This document shows, piece by piece, positions 32,271 through 41,742 of a stretch of DNA of 64,000 bases. Under the pieces are notes generated by a model. The model made no database searches. It was given only the letters and a program-made list of their open reading frames with translations, and had not been told where the DNA came from. Each line of letters begins with the position of its first letter. The stretch's first letter is position 1. The position numbers were made by a program, and so were the translations under genes. Origin of the DNA: Chloroherpetonaceae bacterium (GTDB lineage Bacteria > Bacteroidota > Chlorobiia > Chlorobiales > Thermochlorobacteraceae); the NCBI GenBank assembly GCA_046292465.1, contig JBKBRB010000006.1, positions 5,520-69,519 on the forward strand. The letters run 5' to 3'.

Positions 32271-34814
32271 TCAATAATTGAACTCGAAGCCAATGTTGAA
32301 ACTGCGTCCAGGCGCACGATAGAGTTCCAACTCTTCATACTGCGTGTTCGCCAAGTTCATGACTGTGCCGACCGCCGCAAATCGGTTATTGAAGAACTGC
32401 CATCGAAAGCCAGCATTCATCACAAAGAAATTGCCTGGATAGTCAATGCCTTCGGAGTTTGCCGCAATGCGTACGGCATTGATTCGGCTCACATAACGCC
32501 CACTGTAATTGAGGCTTAACCCAGAGAGCATTTCGGGCGCACGCACCTTACCAATCCCAAGGTCTTTGAAGGCAAGTTCGGCACGGAACGAAAAGTTATG
32601 TTCAGGACGATACGGCAACCAGTTTTTATACTTTTCGGGATTCTTGTTTCCGCCAAGCACATTGTCCGGAAACGACCCCATTGCTCGCATCCAGTTGTAA
32701 TTAACTTGCAGTTGTAATTGCTCAAACGGTTGCGAGGTAATGGACGCCTCTATGCCGCGAATGTCAGCACTTGCGACATTGAAAAACTGAAAGACGCTCG
32801 ATGAAATATCCAGCACGCTTGCGTTCGGATTGATATTTGTTGATTCAATCAAGTTTGAATAGTGATTGACATATCCTGCAATATCAATCGTGAAGTAGCG
32901 CGAGAAACTTTTATAGAGACCGATTTCGTAGCTCGTTAGTCGCTCCGCATCGAGCGCGGGATTTGGGTTGCCTAAGAAAAATCCGGCTTGGGTAACGAAT
33001 CGCTCTCCAATAGAAGGCGCACGGAAACTTCTTCCGACCGAAGCGCGAACCGCAAATTCTTCGTTGAACATGTAATTCACAGCGAGTTTGGGGCTGATTT
33101 GCCAAAGCGACTTGGTGATAATGTTGTCGGTTCGAATTTCAGTTCTGCCTTCTTGAATGTTGATGAGTTGGTCGATATAGGTAACTTGGTCTTGATTGAC
33201 TTTATTCCAGTCGAGCCTGATGCCTGCGGTTACTTTGAACTTCTCGGTGAGCGCGATTTCATCTTGCGCAAAGGCTCCGAGATTGAAATCCGATGTCGTG
33301 GTGTAAATCGTTGAGCGCACGTCGTTGAGATTAAATTCAACTCCTGTTGTCAATTTGTGTTTATCGCGCATCCAATAGAGCGACGTGCGTCCGCCGTAGC
33401 GACGCGCATCCGAATCGTTGAAGGTTGTCGGGTCGTTCGGGTCATATGGTCGGCGATTGACGCGCCCAAAGGAATACTTTTGATAATTGCCTAAGAAATT
33501 GCCTTGCGCATCGAACTGCTGGAATTCAGGTCGTTCAGTCGGGTAGTATTTGATGAGAAATGTTGTGCGACTGAAATAGAGTTTTGTCTCCCAACTTGCT
33601 GATGCATTGAGCATGTTCATATAGGTTACACCAAAGAGTTGATTGGTCGTTTGTTTTTGGTCGTCGCCTAAAAAGAACTGCCCTAAAATTTGATTGCCAT
33701 TTGCATCGAGCAAGGGTTCGCCATTGCCTTTGAACACTGGTCCTGGTGGCGTGCCCAATGCGTTGATTCGGTTTGTCCATTGATACGCAATCCCACCTTC
33801 TGACCAGTTGGCAATGCCAGTCAGCTGCAGATACTGTGTTTCGCCGAGATTATATCGCAAGGTCAGTTTGATATCGTCGGTGCGAAGGTCGCCGGCTTCG
33901 CGATAGCCTTCATCACGATTACGTAAGTAAGTTAGGTTGTATGAGACATTCCCCAACTGGTCTCCCACCATCAGCATGCTCGACGAAAACATCGGGCGCT
34001 CGATTCCGGGGAATGGATTTACATCTGGCGGTGGGTTATCATACATTCCGTTCATAATCCGAGCTTTGATGGTCAGCTCGTTAGGAACGAGGCTAATCGC
34101 ATTGATAACGCCACCCATTGCCGCCGAGCCATAGAGCGAAGACGACGCACCTTTGACCACCTCAAGGCGAGAGAGATTGGTTGCGGTAACCGTTTGCCAA
34201 TCGACCGACCCTGCATCAGCAGAGTTCATTGGAAATCCGTCGTAAAGCATCATAACACGAGTGCTGAGTCCGCCGCCTGTAAAGCCTTGTGAGCCTCGAA
34301 TTTGTAAGTTTGATGCACCTGCTCCGCCCGAGCGCGTAACATCAATGCCTGGCACAGTTTCAAGCACACGGTCAATCGATGGCACAACTTGTGCGGCAAT
34401 TTGAGACGCCGATACCACACTGGTTGTAACCGGCAGTTCCACTAAATTTTGCTCATAACGTGTCGCAGAGATGACCACTTCTTCTCCGCTCACGCCTGTC
34501 GCAACAAGATGTATGTCTAATGTGGTCGTTTGACCAGCACGAATTTCCACTTGACGAAATCTTGGCTTGTAGCCAACCGCCGAAATTTTCACTTCATAGA
34601 CTCCTGTCGGCACCGAAGAGAGTTCAAAGCGTCCTGTTTCATCAGCTCTTGTGCCGATTCTCGTATTGCTCAACATCACCGTTGCCCCAATAATCGCCTC
34701 ATTCTTCTCTGAATCCCGAACGATTCCTTTTAGTCTTCCGACTTTTTCGTCGTCAGCAATTGCGCCTCGTACTCCGAGCAGAATTAGAACGGTGAAAACG
34801 ACAGCTCGCTTCAT
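32271..34814 (-). CDS. TonB-dependent outer-membrane receptor with N-terminal carboxypeptidase-regulatory-like domain
   Basis: Signal peptide; 'GATVML...G.FEL'; TonB-box-like 'EEVVISATR'; plug 'VPGI...QIRG...LEVVKGASSSLYGSAAMGGVIN'; ends 'FEFNY'. Confidence 0.93.
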   Translation of the reverse strand: MKRAVVFTVLILLGVRGAIADDEKVGRLKGIVRDSEKNEAIIGATVMLSNTRIGTRADETGRFELSSVPTGVYEVKISAVGYKPRFRQVEIRAGQTTTLDIHLVATGVSGEEVVISATRYEQNLVELPVTTSVVSASQIAAQVVPSIDRVLETVPGIDVTRSGGAGASNLQIRGSQGFTGGGLSTRVMMLYDGFPMNSADAGSVDWQTVTATNLSRLEVVKGASSSLYGSAAMGGVINAISLVPNELTIKARIMNGMYDNPPPDVNPFPGIERPMFSSSMLMVGDQLGNVSYNLTYLRNRDEGYREAGDLRTDDIKLTLRYNLGETQYLQLTGIANWSEGGIAYQWTNRINALGTPPGPVFKGNGEPLLDANGNQILGQFFLGDDQKQTTNQLFGVTYMNMLNASASWETKLYFSRTTFLIKYYPTERPEFQQFDAQGNFLGNYQKYSFGRVNRRPYDPNDPTTFNDSDARRYGGRTSLYWMRDKHKLTTGVEFNLNDVRSTIYTTTSDFNLGAFAQDEIALTEKFKVTAGIRLDWNKVNQDQVTYIDQLINIQEGRTEIRTDNIITKSLWQISPKLAVNYMFNEEFAVRASVGRSFRAPSIGERFVTQAGFFLGNPNPALDAERLTSYEIGLYKSFSRYFTIDIAGYVNHYSNLIESTNINPNASVLDISSSVFQFFNVASADIRGIEASITSQPFEQLQLQVNYNWMRAMGSFPDNVLGGNKNPEKYKNWLPYRPEHNFSFRAELAFKDLGIGKVRAPEMLSGLSLNYSGRYVSRINAVRIAANSEGIDYPGNFFVMNAGFRWQFFNNRFAAVGTVMNLANTQYEELELYRAPGRSFNIGFEFNY

Positions 34815-34862
34815 AGTTATTCTCCCTTAAAGAGGGTTAAGAAAATGTTCGCACAACTAAGC

Positions 34863-34895
34863 AAAAGGGCGAAACGCCTTTTTTGCGCCTCGCCC
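34863..34895 (-). terminator. Intergenic hairpin/terminator between lipoprotein and receptor genes
   Basis: Minus strand GGGCGA-GGCGC-AAAAAA-GGCGTT-TCGCCC-TTTT. Confidence 0.55.
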
Positions 34896-34911
34896 ATGCT
34901 TCTGTCAAGCC

Positions 34912-35871
34912 CTATGGTGCAATCGTCGCGTTCCACACGCCTTGACGATTTGTATTGTCCATTGTCATGCTGTTTTGTTGCGTAACAGGATGGCGGAATT
35001 CCGCGAGCACCGACACCGTTTCAAATCCTCCAGGCACTGCCGAGTTCACTCTGAACCGATAAATTTTCACATTTTGATATGTGCCCAGTGGGAGATTTCT
35101 CGCATATGTTACAGAGTTGCCCGATGCTGGTTTATCAAGAATGATAAAAATCGCCGGTGGACCAGGTGGTGCGCCTTGGCGCTCACCCATGATGGCAAGA
35201 AACTCAGAACCGTTCGCCCATGCTTGTGGCGGTCCGACAGGCGCATTCGGCCAATTTGCGGTGCCAGTGGTTGAAGTAACCGTGCCTGAAAGTGTTGCAG
35301 TGCCCGCGCGTCCTGACTGCATCAACGCTTCGGCAACTTTGATTTCAACTTGGTCTTGAACCGTTGCTCGCGTTTGATTGCGCAAATCAGCAACCACACC
35401 CGCAGTAAGGAACTGTTGCGAGGCTTGTCCTGTGTAGAAAGGATTCACATAGGTAGGATATACTCCGTAGATGTCCTTTGGAAGCGATGCAATGACAGTT
35501 CCATTTCCATCACGCCCGATTTCAGAAGTGAAGGTATAACGCCCATTTTGCAACTCGCTAAACGAAATGCCCGGCGTGTTGCCTAAACCAGGAATACCAG
35601 AAACCGGACCTTGACGCGGCTGGCGTGTGGCAGGATCGAGCGGCACAAATGCGATTTTCATTCTGCCCGGAAATGCGGCACTGGTATCCATCGTGTTTGG
35701 CCAATTTGCCGCATCGGTAACCGGCTGACCGTTGTAGGTGAAGGTAACTGACCCCTCAATAACGACGCGCTCCTGCGGTCCTGTATTGCTGTCCTCAGAA
35801 CAGCCGGCAATTGAGAGCGCGCTTACAAATGCAAGAGCGAAAAATAGCCCTCTTAAATGCGACTTATTCAT
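34912..35871 (-). CDS. Uncharacterised lipoprotein, probable receptor partner
   Basis: 'MNKSHLRGLFFALAFVSALSIAGC' lipobox; RBS gaaaggag upstream. Confidence 0.8.
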   Translation of the reverse strand: MNKSHLRGLFFALAFVSALSIAGCSEDSNTGPQERVVIEGSVTFTYNGQPVTDAANWPNTMDTSAAFPGRMKIAFVPLDPATRQPRQGPVSGIPGLGNTPGISFSELQNGRYTFTSEIGRDGNGTVIASLPKDIYGVYPTYVNPFYTGQASQQFLTAGVVADLRNQTRATVQDQVEIKVAEALMQSGRAGTATLSGTVTSTTGTANWPNAPVGPPQAWANGSEFLAIMGERQGAPPGPPAIFIILDKPASGNSVTYARNLPLGTYQNVKIYRFRVNSAVPGGFETVSVLAEFRHPVTQQNSMTMDNTNRQGVWNATIAP

Positions 35872-36038
35872 AGTTATTTACTCCTTTCAAAGAGTGTTTA
35901 GCGTTTGAAGTGTTTATTCTCCTAAAAAGAACAAGATAAAAACCCTTGTAGCGGCGCTTGCGCAATGCGTTGTTCATTTTTCGCATTCGCTACATACAAA
36001 ACTTATTTGCAAATCTTTCTGAAACAACTTTTTCGCGA

Positions 36039-36111
36039 CCCTCCTGACTTGATGAGCAAGAACGTTCATTTTCTTCTCATCAAGCAAGACGTCGGAAACG
36101 CGTAGGTAGGG
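36039..36111. other. Multi-stem structured intergenic element
   Basis: cttgatgag(36048-56)/ctcatcaag(36076-84) plus aagaa/ttctt; outer ccctcct/aggtaggg. Confidence 0.45.
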
Positions 36112-36114
36112 AAA

Positions 36115-36603
36115 TCAAATTAAGAGCGGAACATTTTCCGTAGCGAGATTTAGCGGGAGATTGTGCCGCACGTGCTCTTGAAAAGCATATTGATGCCAAA
36201 ATGCGCAAATACGTGTTTCAAAAAGCCGTGCGGCACAAATGAGATATTCTTTTTCAATGGCGTATCCTTTTTCAATGGCGCAGAGTGAAGTCTTGAAAGT
36301 TTGTTGCGCTACAACGCGCCCACAAGTTGCGGATTCTACCTGATTTTCATATCCAAGATATTTAAGATTCGGAGCGTTAGCGGCGTGTGGCGGCGCAGAG
36401 GAGCGTGTGGTGAAAAGTTCAATGCCCGTTTGCAAAGTCTTATCCTTTGCTTTCGACTTGGCAAAAACAACATCTTTCGTAATCGCACTTCCAGAAACTG
36501 TTGACATCATCACAAAGATGTAGACCTCAACAAATCTCCAGAACTTTTTACCGATAGATTGTATGTTGTTGCCTTGAACTTCCATCTTAAAACGCTTCAG
36601 ATT
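36115..36603 (-). CDS. Hypothetical upstream ORF (Cys/His-containing, ends ...NVPLLI)
   Basis: Open frame from ATG 36603 (or 36585) just downstream of a good promoter; not recognisable as a known family. Confidence 0.4.
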   Translation of the reverse strand, partial: NLKRFKMEVQGNNIQSIGKKFWRFVEVYIFVMMSTVSGSAITKDVVFAKSKAKDKTLQTGIELFTTRSSAPPHAANAPNLKYLGYENQVESATCGRVVAQQTFKTSLCAIEKGYAIEKEYLICAARLFETRICAFWHQYAFQEHVRHNLPLNLATENVPLLI

Positions 36604-36627
36604 TTAACTTCACTGAAACTATTGCAA

Positions 36628-36656
36628 AGTTACAGCGCATACGAAGCATTGCCAAT
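36628..36656 (-). promoter_or_regulatory. sigma70-type promoter
   Basis: Minus strand TTGGCA-17 nt-TAACTT. Confidence 0.6.
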
Positions 36657-36840
36657 GTTTTTCTTCTCGTTTGAAACAACTTTGTCAAATTTTTAAGCAA
36701 TTGTTTTATCATAACTTAGAGACAAAATCGACCACAGCGTTCATCTTTGTGCCCCCATACCAACGCTCTGCTCGCAGTCTAACTTTGTTTGTTAGTTTTC
36801 TTGTTGGAATAACTTATAGAGTTAAGGTTACTTCTGGTTC

Positions 36841-37062
36841 TCAATCACGCTTTCGCTTATAGCGCATGACAAGCAGATAAATTGCAGCACTGACGCCTGC
36901 GTTCAGCCCTGCCAAGATAAGCGCAATGAAAAGTAAGAGCGTCATGGGGAGTTTCTCTGTATCACTCGAGAACAGAATGAGGGTATTGAGAACAACGCCA
37001 GCCAGCCACAGCCGCAACAGATTGTTGCGCAACCGCGCTTCAAATCGGGCGTCGTGTTTCAT
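36841..37062 (-). CDS. Small 2-TM hypothetical protein
   Basis: 73 aa with two hydrophobic segments and a basic tail; TAATG overlap with the upstream gene. Confidence 0.6.
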   Translation of the reverse strand: MKHDARFEARLRNNLLRLWLAGVVLNTLILFSSDTEKLPMTLLLFIALILAGLNAGVSAAIYLLVMRYKRKRD

Positions 37063-37277
37063 TAGAGTTCGGCTTGAATCATTTTTCCGAATTCTAATTT
37101 CTCAAAAATCGCCGCTGCTGCCTTGCGCCGTGCGGGGTCATCAAGGCGGATTTCGTCTAATCCCTTTTCAATGTTGCTTGCTTTGAAGTAGCCGATAATA
37201 CTTTGGTTTTCGTCGCGTACTTGAATGTAGTCGGGAACGACACCCTTGCCTTTGGTTTTGAGGAGATAGACTTTCAT
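37062..37277 (-). CDS. Small hypothetical protein
   Basis: 71 aa, 'KGKGVVPDYIQVRDE...YFK' resembles a small Bacteroidota/Chlorobiota family (from memory); operonic position. Confidence 0.65.
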   Translation of the reverse strand: MKVYLLKTKGKGVVPDYIQVRDENQSIIGYFKASNIEKGLDEIRLDDPARRKAAAAIFEKLEFGKMIQAEL

Positions 37278-37304
37278 TGTTCAAGTTTATTTTAATTCCT
37301 CTGC

Positions 37305-38012
37305 TCACTTCATGTTGTGATAGACCGCCTGCACGTCATCATCTTCTTCCAACGCCTCGATGAGTTCGGTTACTTCTTTTTCTTGCTCTTCAGAGAGTTC
37401 GGTCGTCGTGGTCGGAATGTATTGCAAGGCAGAAAGTTGCACTTCGATTTTTTGCTCTTCCAAATGCTTTTGCATGGTGGCAAAGTCATTGAACGATGTG
37501 TAAATCAGCACCTCGCCTTCCTCGACCGAAAAATCTTCTGCACCGTAGTCAATCAGCTCGAGTTCTAGTTCTTCGAGATTTCTTCCTGCAGGATTGATTT
37601 TGAAAACGCCTTTACGCTCGAACATAAACGAGACCGAGCCATTTGCACCCAGCGAGCCGCCGTGACGGTTGAAGTGCATACGCACATTAGCGACGGTTCG
37701 CGTGGGATTGTCGGTTGCCGCTTCAACAATCAATGCAATGCCGTGCGGCGCATAGCCTTCATAGACAAGCTCTTGAAAATCAGCCTCTTCTTTCGACGAG
37801 GCACGCTTGATGGCGTTCTCAACGCGGTCTTTGGGCATATTGACGCTCTTGGCGTTTTGAATCGCTCGTCGCAGGCGAGGATTGTTTTCTGGGTCTGGTC
37901 CGCCAAGTTTGACCGCAATCGCAATTTCACGCCCGATTTTGGTAAACGCTTTGGACATTTTCGCCCAGCGCGCAAACATTTTTTCTTTTCGTTTCTCGAA
38001 AATGCGTCCCAT
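37305..38012 (-). CDS. YebC/PmpR family protein
   Basis: 'GGPDPENNPRLR', 'MPKDRVENAIKRA', 'YEGYAPHG', 'DDDVQAVYHN'. Confidence 0.95.
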   Translation of the reverse strand: MGRIFEKRKEKMFARWAKMSKAFTKIGREIAIAVKLGGPDPENNPRLRRAIQNAKSVNMPKDRVENAIKRASSKEEADFQELVYEGYAPHGIALIVEAATDNPTRTVANVRMHFNRHGGSLGANGSVSFMFERKGVFKINPAGRNLEELELELIDYGAEDFSVEEGEVLIYTSFNDFATMQKHLEEQKIEVQLSALQYIPTTTTELSEEQEKEVTELIEALEEDDDVQAVYHNMK

Positions 38013-39235
38013 TAGTTTGAACCGGTTTTAAGTTTTGGAAATTTTAGAAACCCCCTCTTCAACGCGTGGTCAAGTTGCATTGCACCGTAGATAACCGCCA
38101 TAGCAAAACTACCTGTCAGATATGGGATATACGGCACAGCTAACATTCCCGGAAGTGCGTTAAATGCCATTCCCGAGAGCAATGCAATTTCCAACTGCCA
38201 ATTCAGCCCGTAGCGCAACGCACAAAAAAGCCCAATGTTCATAAAAAGCAAAAGGTAAAACCCAATTACGCCTGCTTTTGCTGATAGCGTCCGAATCACA
38301 AAGAGTGGATTTTTCTTTATCAGCGAAAGCGTTTCATCTCTCAAAATTCGCTCGTATTCATCACCGAGCAAAAAAACCGTCGGTGAAATTTCTTTTGCTT
38401 TCTTGAACCCGATTTCATCTTGATAGCGAATGCCATAGTCGTTATCCAAAAATCCAAATCCAATATAAACATTGTGCCAAAACGGATGCGCTTGCGGCGG
38501 CACAACATAATTGGGTTGAAGTTTAGCAAGATACGCATCACGTTCAGCATAGCGCGTTTTGAAAAACACTTGCACCGCTAACATTCCAACTGCAATGACC
38601 ACAAGGCTCAACAGTTTTTCGCGCATCGTCCAACGCTTTTCCAAGAAAAAGAGCACCCCGAACACGAGTACGATTGCGGTCGCCGAATGGGCACGAATCA
38701 AATGCGCAAGCATTAACATGATTCCAAACATGAGGAACATCGCCCAATGTATTGCTCGCGGTTTTGAATCGGATTTTGAAAAGCGTATCAGATACGGAAC
38801 AATTAGCATCGCGAGCGACGGCGACAGCGCGTAAATATCGCCCGATAAATACACCGTAACCAAGAGTATCGCAAACATCACCGCGTAGAAGACTTTCGCG
38901 ACTTTCGTTTCAAGCATCTTCATCATTCCAATAAATCCAATCGCAAAAGAAGGAATGAGAATGAGAAAGAAAAACAAATCCCACGCCGACGCCGCCGAGA
39001 GATGAAAGAGTGCGGCAAGTTTTGAAGCAAGGTAATACATGCCGACATCGTCCGTGTAGCCTGCCGTTGGAATCAGGCTATCGCCACGCACGGAAACCAG
39101 CGGTATGCCCGTGCGTTCAAATCCCGCAACGGCTTCCGAGAGTTCTTGGTAGCGAATCGGCATTAACTTCGTGAAAGGAAGCGGCGCAACTTGGCTTGAA
39201 CCCGCTGCTAATGCAAGCAGTGTTGAATCGTTCAT
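38012..39235 (-). CDS. Polytopic membrane protein, possible GT-C-type glycosyltransferase
   Basis: About 9-10 TM; early 'GYTDD.G.Y' acidic loop; periplasmic 'HPFWHNVYIG.G'. Confidence 0.55.
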   Translation of the reverse strand: MNDSTLLALAAGSSQVAPLPFTKLMPIRYQELSEAVAGFERTGIPLVSVRGDSLIPTAGYTDDVGMYYLASKLAALFHLSAASAWDLFFFLILIPSFAIGFIGMMKMLETKVAKVFYAVMFAILLVTVYLSGDIYALSPSLAMLIVPYLIRFSKSDSKPRAIHWAMFLMFGIMLMLAHLIRAHSATAIVLVFGVLFFLEKRWTMREKLLSLVVIAVGMLAVQVFFKTRYAERDAYLAKLQPNYVVPPQAHPFWHNVYIGFGFLDNDYGIRYQDEIGFKKAKEISPTVFLLGDEYERILRDETLSLIKKNPLFVIRTLSAKAGVIGFYLLLFMNIGLFCALRYGLNWQLEIALLSGMAFNALPGMLAVPYIPYLTGSFAMAVIYGAMQLDHALKRGFLKFPKLKTGSN

Positions 39236-39238
39236 CGG

Positions 39239-39967
39239 TTAAGACTTCTTGGCTTCTGCAACAGCGAGCAGTGAAACGCCGAAAGGTAAACTGACATTTG
39301 GCAATAGAGTCCGCTCGCTTTCAAACACTCGATAGAGCATCTCATTGACGAACTTGCTTTGTGGCTTGGCATCGGACGCATTGCGCCGCCCCGTCAAGTT
39401 TCCAATCACTCTTACAAGCGCAATCATCGGGAAAAGCAATGTGTTGAAATATGAAATGTATCGCACGGTGTAGCCTGCCTTCTGGAGCAGTTCAGTTAAG
39501 GTGCCTTTTGTGTATCGGCGTTTGTGGTGGTGAATTTCGTCATGCGCGCTCCAAAGAAATTCAAATGCTGGCACGGTAATCATCACGATGCCGTTTTGGC
39601 TTAAATACGGCTTTGCGACGGAAAGCACGGCGAGGTCGTCTTCAATGTGCTCGATGACGTCCAAAAACAAGATGAGTTGAAATTTTTTTCCGTTGAAGGT
39701 TTCTTCGCCGAGCAAGCCTTGTTTAACGAAAGTTAAGCCGCGCTCGTGGCAATAATTGACAGCAACTTCGGCGTGGTCTAAACCGTGTGCGTCATAGTCG
39801 TGCTGTAATTTTTCGAGGATAAATCCTGTGCCGCACCCAACATCTAACACAGATACACCTTTTGGCACAAACGATTTGATAACTTGTAAAAGAATTTCTC
39901 GCCTCGCTTGAAACCACCAATGCTCGGTTTCACTTTTGCGCATTTCATCGTAGAGAACTTTCTCCAT
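39239..39967 (-). CDS. Class I SAM-dependent methyltransferase
   Basis: 'VLDVGCGTG', 'LDVIEHI.DD', 'VPAF..LWS.HDE..HH.RRY'. Confidence 0.9.
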   Translation of the reverse strand: MEKVLYDEMRKSETEHWWFQARREILLQVIKSFVPKGVSVLDVGCGTGFILEKLQHDYDAHGLDHAEVAVNYCHERGLTFVKQGLLGEETFNGKKFQLILFLDVIEHIEDDLAVLSVAKPYLSQNGIVMITVPAFEFLWSAHDEIHHHKRRYTKGTLTELLQKAGYTVRYISYFNTLLFPMIALVRVIGNLTGRRNASDAKPQSKFVNEMLYRVFESERTLLPNVSLPFGVSLLAVAEAKKS

Positions 39968-40721
39968 ATTTGACGTTCAGGTTTCTGTTTTTAGACGCTT
40001 GTTTGAACGATGCATATACTTGCCGCCTAATTCGAAACAGGCTCCACAGCATTTCCAGCGAATCTCGAATGGGAGAGACACGCGAGTGCGGTGAGTTAAT
40101 CCAAGTTACCCCGACTTCTTCAACCGAATATCCCAACACTTTTGCCCACAAGAGCACCTCGACGTCAAACCCAAAGCGCACAGTATTTAATCGTTTGAAA
40201 ATTTCTTTTGCTGCCTCGCGCCGAAAAGCTTTGAATCCACATTGCGTGTCGGAAATGCCGTTAATAACAAGCAGGCGAACAAGCAGATTAAACATTTTGC
40301 CCATCGATTCGCGATAAAAAGGTTGTCGCTCGAGGATATTGGAGTCTTTCGTTGCTCGTGAGCCGATAGCAATATCTTTTCCTTGTTGAAGTGGTAAGAG
40401 TACTTTTGAAATTTCCGACAAAGGCGTCGAAAGGTCGGCATCCATAAAAAGAATGACATCGCCTGATGCACGTTCCACGCCTGTTTTGACAGCCGCACCT
40501 TTGCCGCTGTTTTGTGTGAGCTCAACCAGCATGAGCCGATGCATGCCGCTGGGCTTAACGAAAAACTCAACCACGTCGCTGGTTCTATCGGAACTGCCGT
40601 CATTAACCACAATCACTTCCGTTTGCTCAAAGTGATTGGGCAGAAATGCTTGAAGTTCGTGAAGCGATGCCCCGATTCGTTTTTCTTCGTTATATGCAGG
40701 AATCACGATTGAAAGAAGCAT
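39945..40721 (-). CDS. GT2 polyprenyl-phosphate hexose synthase (Dol-P-Glc synthase-like)
   Basis: 'SIVIPAYNEE', 'VNDGSSD', 'GKGAAV', 'MDAD', 'DTQCGFKAF', 'FGFDVE'. Confidence 0.9.
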   Translation of the reverse strand: MLLSIVIPAYNEEKRIGASLHELQAFLPNHFEQTEVIVVNDGSSDRTSDVVEFFVKPSGMHRLMLVELTQNSGKGAAVKTGVERASGDVILFMDADLSTPLSEISKVLLPLQQGKDIAIGSRATKDSNILERQPFYRESMGKMFNLLVRLLVINGISDTQCGFKAFRREAAKEIFKRLNTVRFGFDVEVLLWAKVLGYSVEEVGVTWINSPHSRVSPIRDSLEMLWSLFRIRRQVYASFKQASKNRNLNVKYGESSLR

Positions 40722-40742
40722 CGTTTCAGAGGCGAAGTGAGT

Positions 40743-41450
40743 TTAGTTGAGTAAGGCAAGTTCGTGTGGAATGAAGAGCATGTAGCAAATCAGCCCCGCG
40801 GTTGCGCCCACGAGCGGAATGGAGAGGTTATCGTCGATAGTCCAATTTCCCAACTTAATCGGATAGAGTTCAGCAACCGTTGTGGAAATCGCTATCGCAA
40901 GCCCAACCGCCGCATTGAGTTTCGGCGTTACCAGCACAACGAGCAAGGCGAAAAGAAAAAATGCAATGCTTCCCTCGAGCGTTTTCGCCCCGATTTTGAT
41001 TCGTCCAATTTTTCTTCCAACCAACGCCGCCGCTGTATCCGCAAGAATCAGAATTGCGAAAGCGGCGATCGCTATCATTTTCGGGAAAAGCCACACCACG
41101 AGCACGGCGGCGAGCGTTACATATGTGGCACCGTTGAAATTGCGCTGCGAGGCGTCCAATTCATGAGCACGAAGCATCGCGCCGAAGTGTTTGTAGTATA
41201 AATCCGCAATTGGCTTGACGAACATTTTGAGAAGGTCAACGAAAAAAAATCCAAGAAACATCGGCACCAGTAGCATCAAAGCAAGTTCTTTCGTGATGTG
41301 AAAGTAAATGATTGGAATCATGATTGATGCAAGATGAATGCCTTTTCGTGCCAGTTCATTCTTGTAATCAATTTGCTCATGGGTTTCGCTGCGTCCTGCT
41401 TTCGGCGCAGTTCTGGCAGAGAGAGCAACATCTCGTTGGTAATTTTTCAT
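40743..41450 (-). CDS. Polyprenol/phytol/diacylglycerol kinase (CTP-dependent, SEC59/VTE5-like)
   Basis: 'RKGIH', 'DTAAALVGRKIG', 'KTLEGS', 'DDNLSIP'. Confidence 0.85.
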   Translation of the reverse strand: MKNYQRDVALSARTAPKAGRSETHEQIDYKNELARKGIHLASIMIPIIYFHITKELALMLLVPMFLGFFFVDLLKMFVKPIADLYYKHFGAMLRAHELDASQRNFNGATYVTLAAVLVVWLFPKMIAIAAFAILILADTAAALVGRKIGRIKIGAKTLEGSIAFFLFALLVVLVTPKLNAAVGLAIAISTTVAELYPIKLGNWTIDDNLSIPLVGATAGLICYMLFIPHELALLN

Positions 41451-41601
41451 TCTTTCAGTGATTTACAATCAGAGTCAACTGTTTAAGTTACAAACGCGAG
41501 CGCGATTGCAAAATTTCCCTGCAAAATTTTTTGACTGCTCCCGTCGGACTTAGGCAAATACACTTTGGAATTTAGACCACGTCCAAACAAGCAGTTTAGA
41601 C

Positions 41602-41629
41602 TTGACGAAACTTTTTTTTTTGCTATGTT
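41602..41629 (+). promoter_or_regulatory. sigma70-type promoter of the thiolase gene
   Basis: TTGACG-16 nt-TATGTT preceded by TGn. Confidence 0.55.
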
Positions 41630-41742
41630 GCGCCCGTCAAATTTGCTACGCTTGCTCTTTGACTCTCTTTTCGCACGCTGAGAAATCGTCTGATTTCCAC
41701 CCCGTTGCGTTCAGTTACCTTTAATTGGCTTTTCCTTCTTCT

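Noticed and set aside
36039-36120. TPP, cobalamin riboswitch or hammerhead ribozyme
   Set aside because: Only fragments resemble them (gcgtagg/tagggaa, aagtcaggag, tgatgag...gaaac); the conserved cores are missing or on the wrong strand
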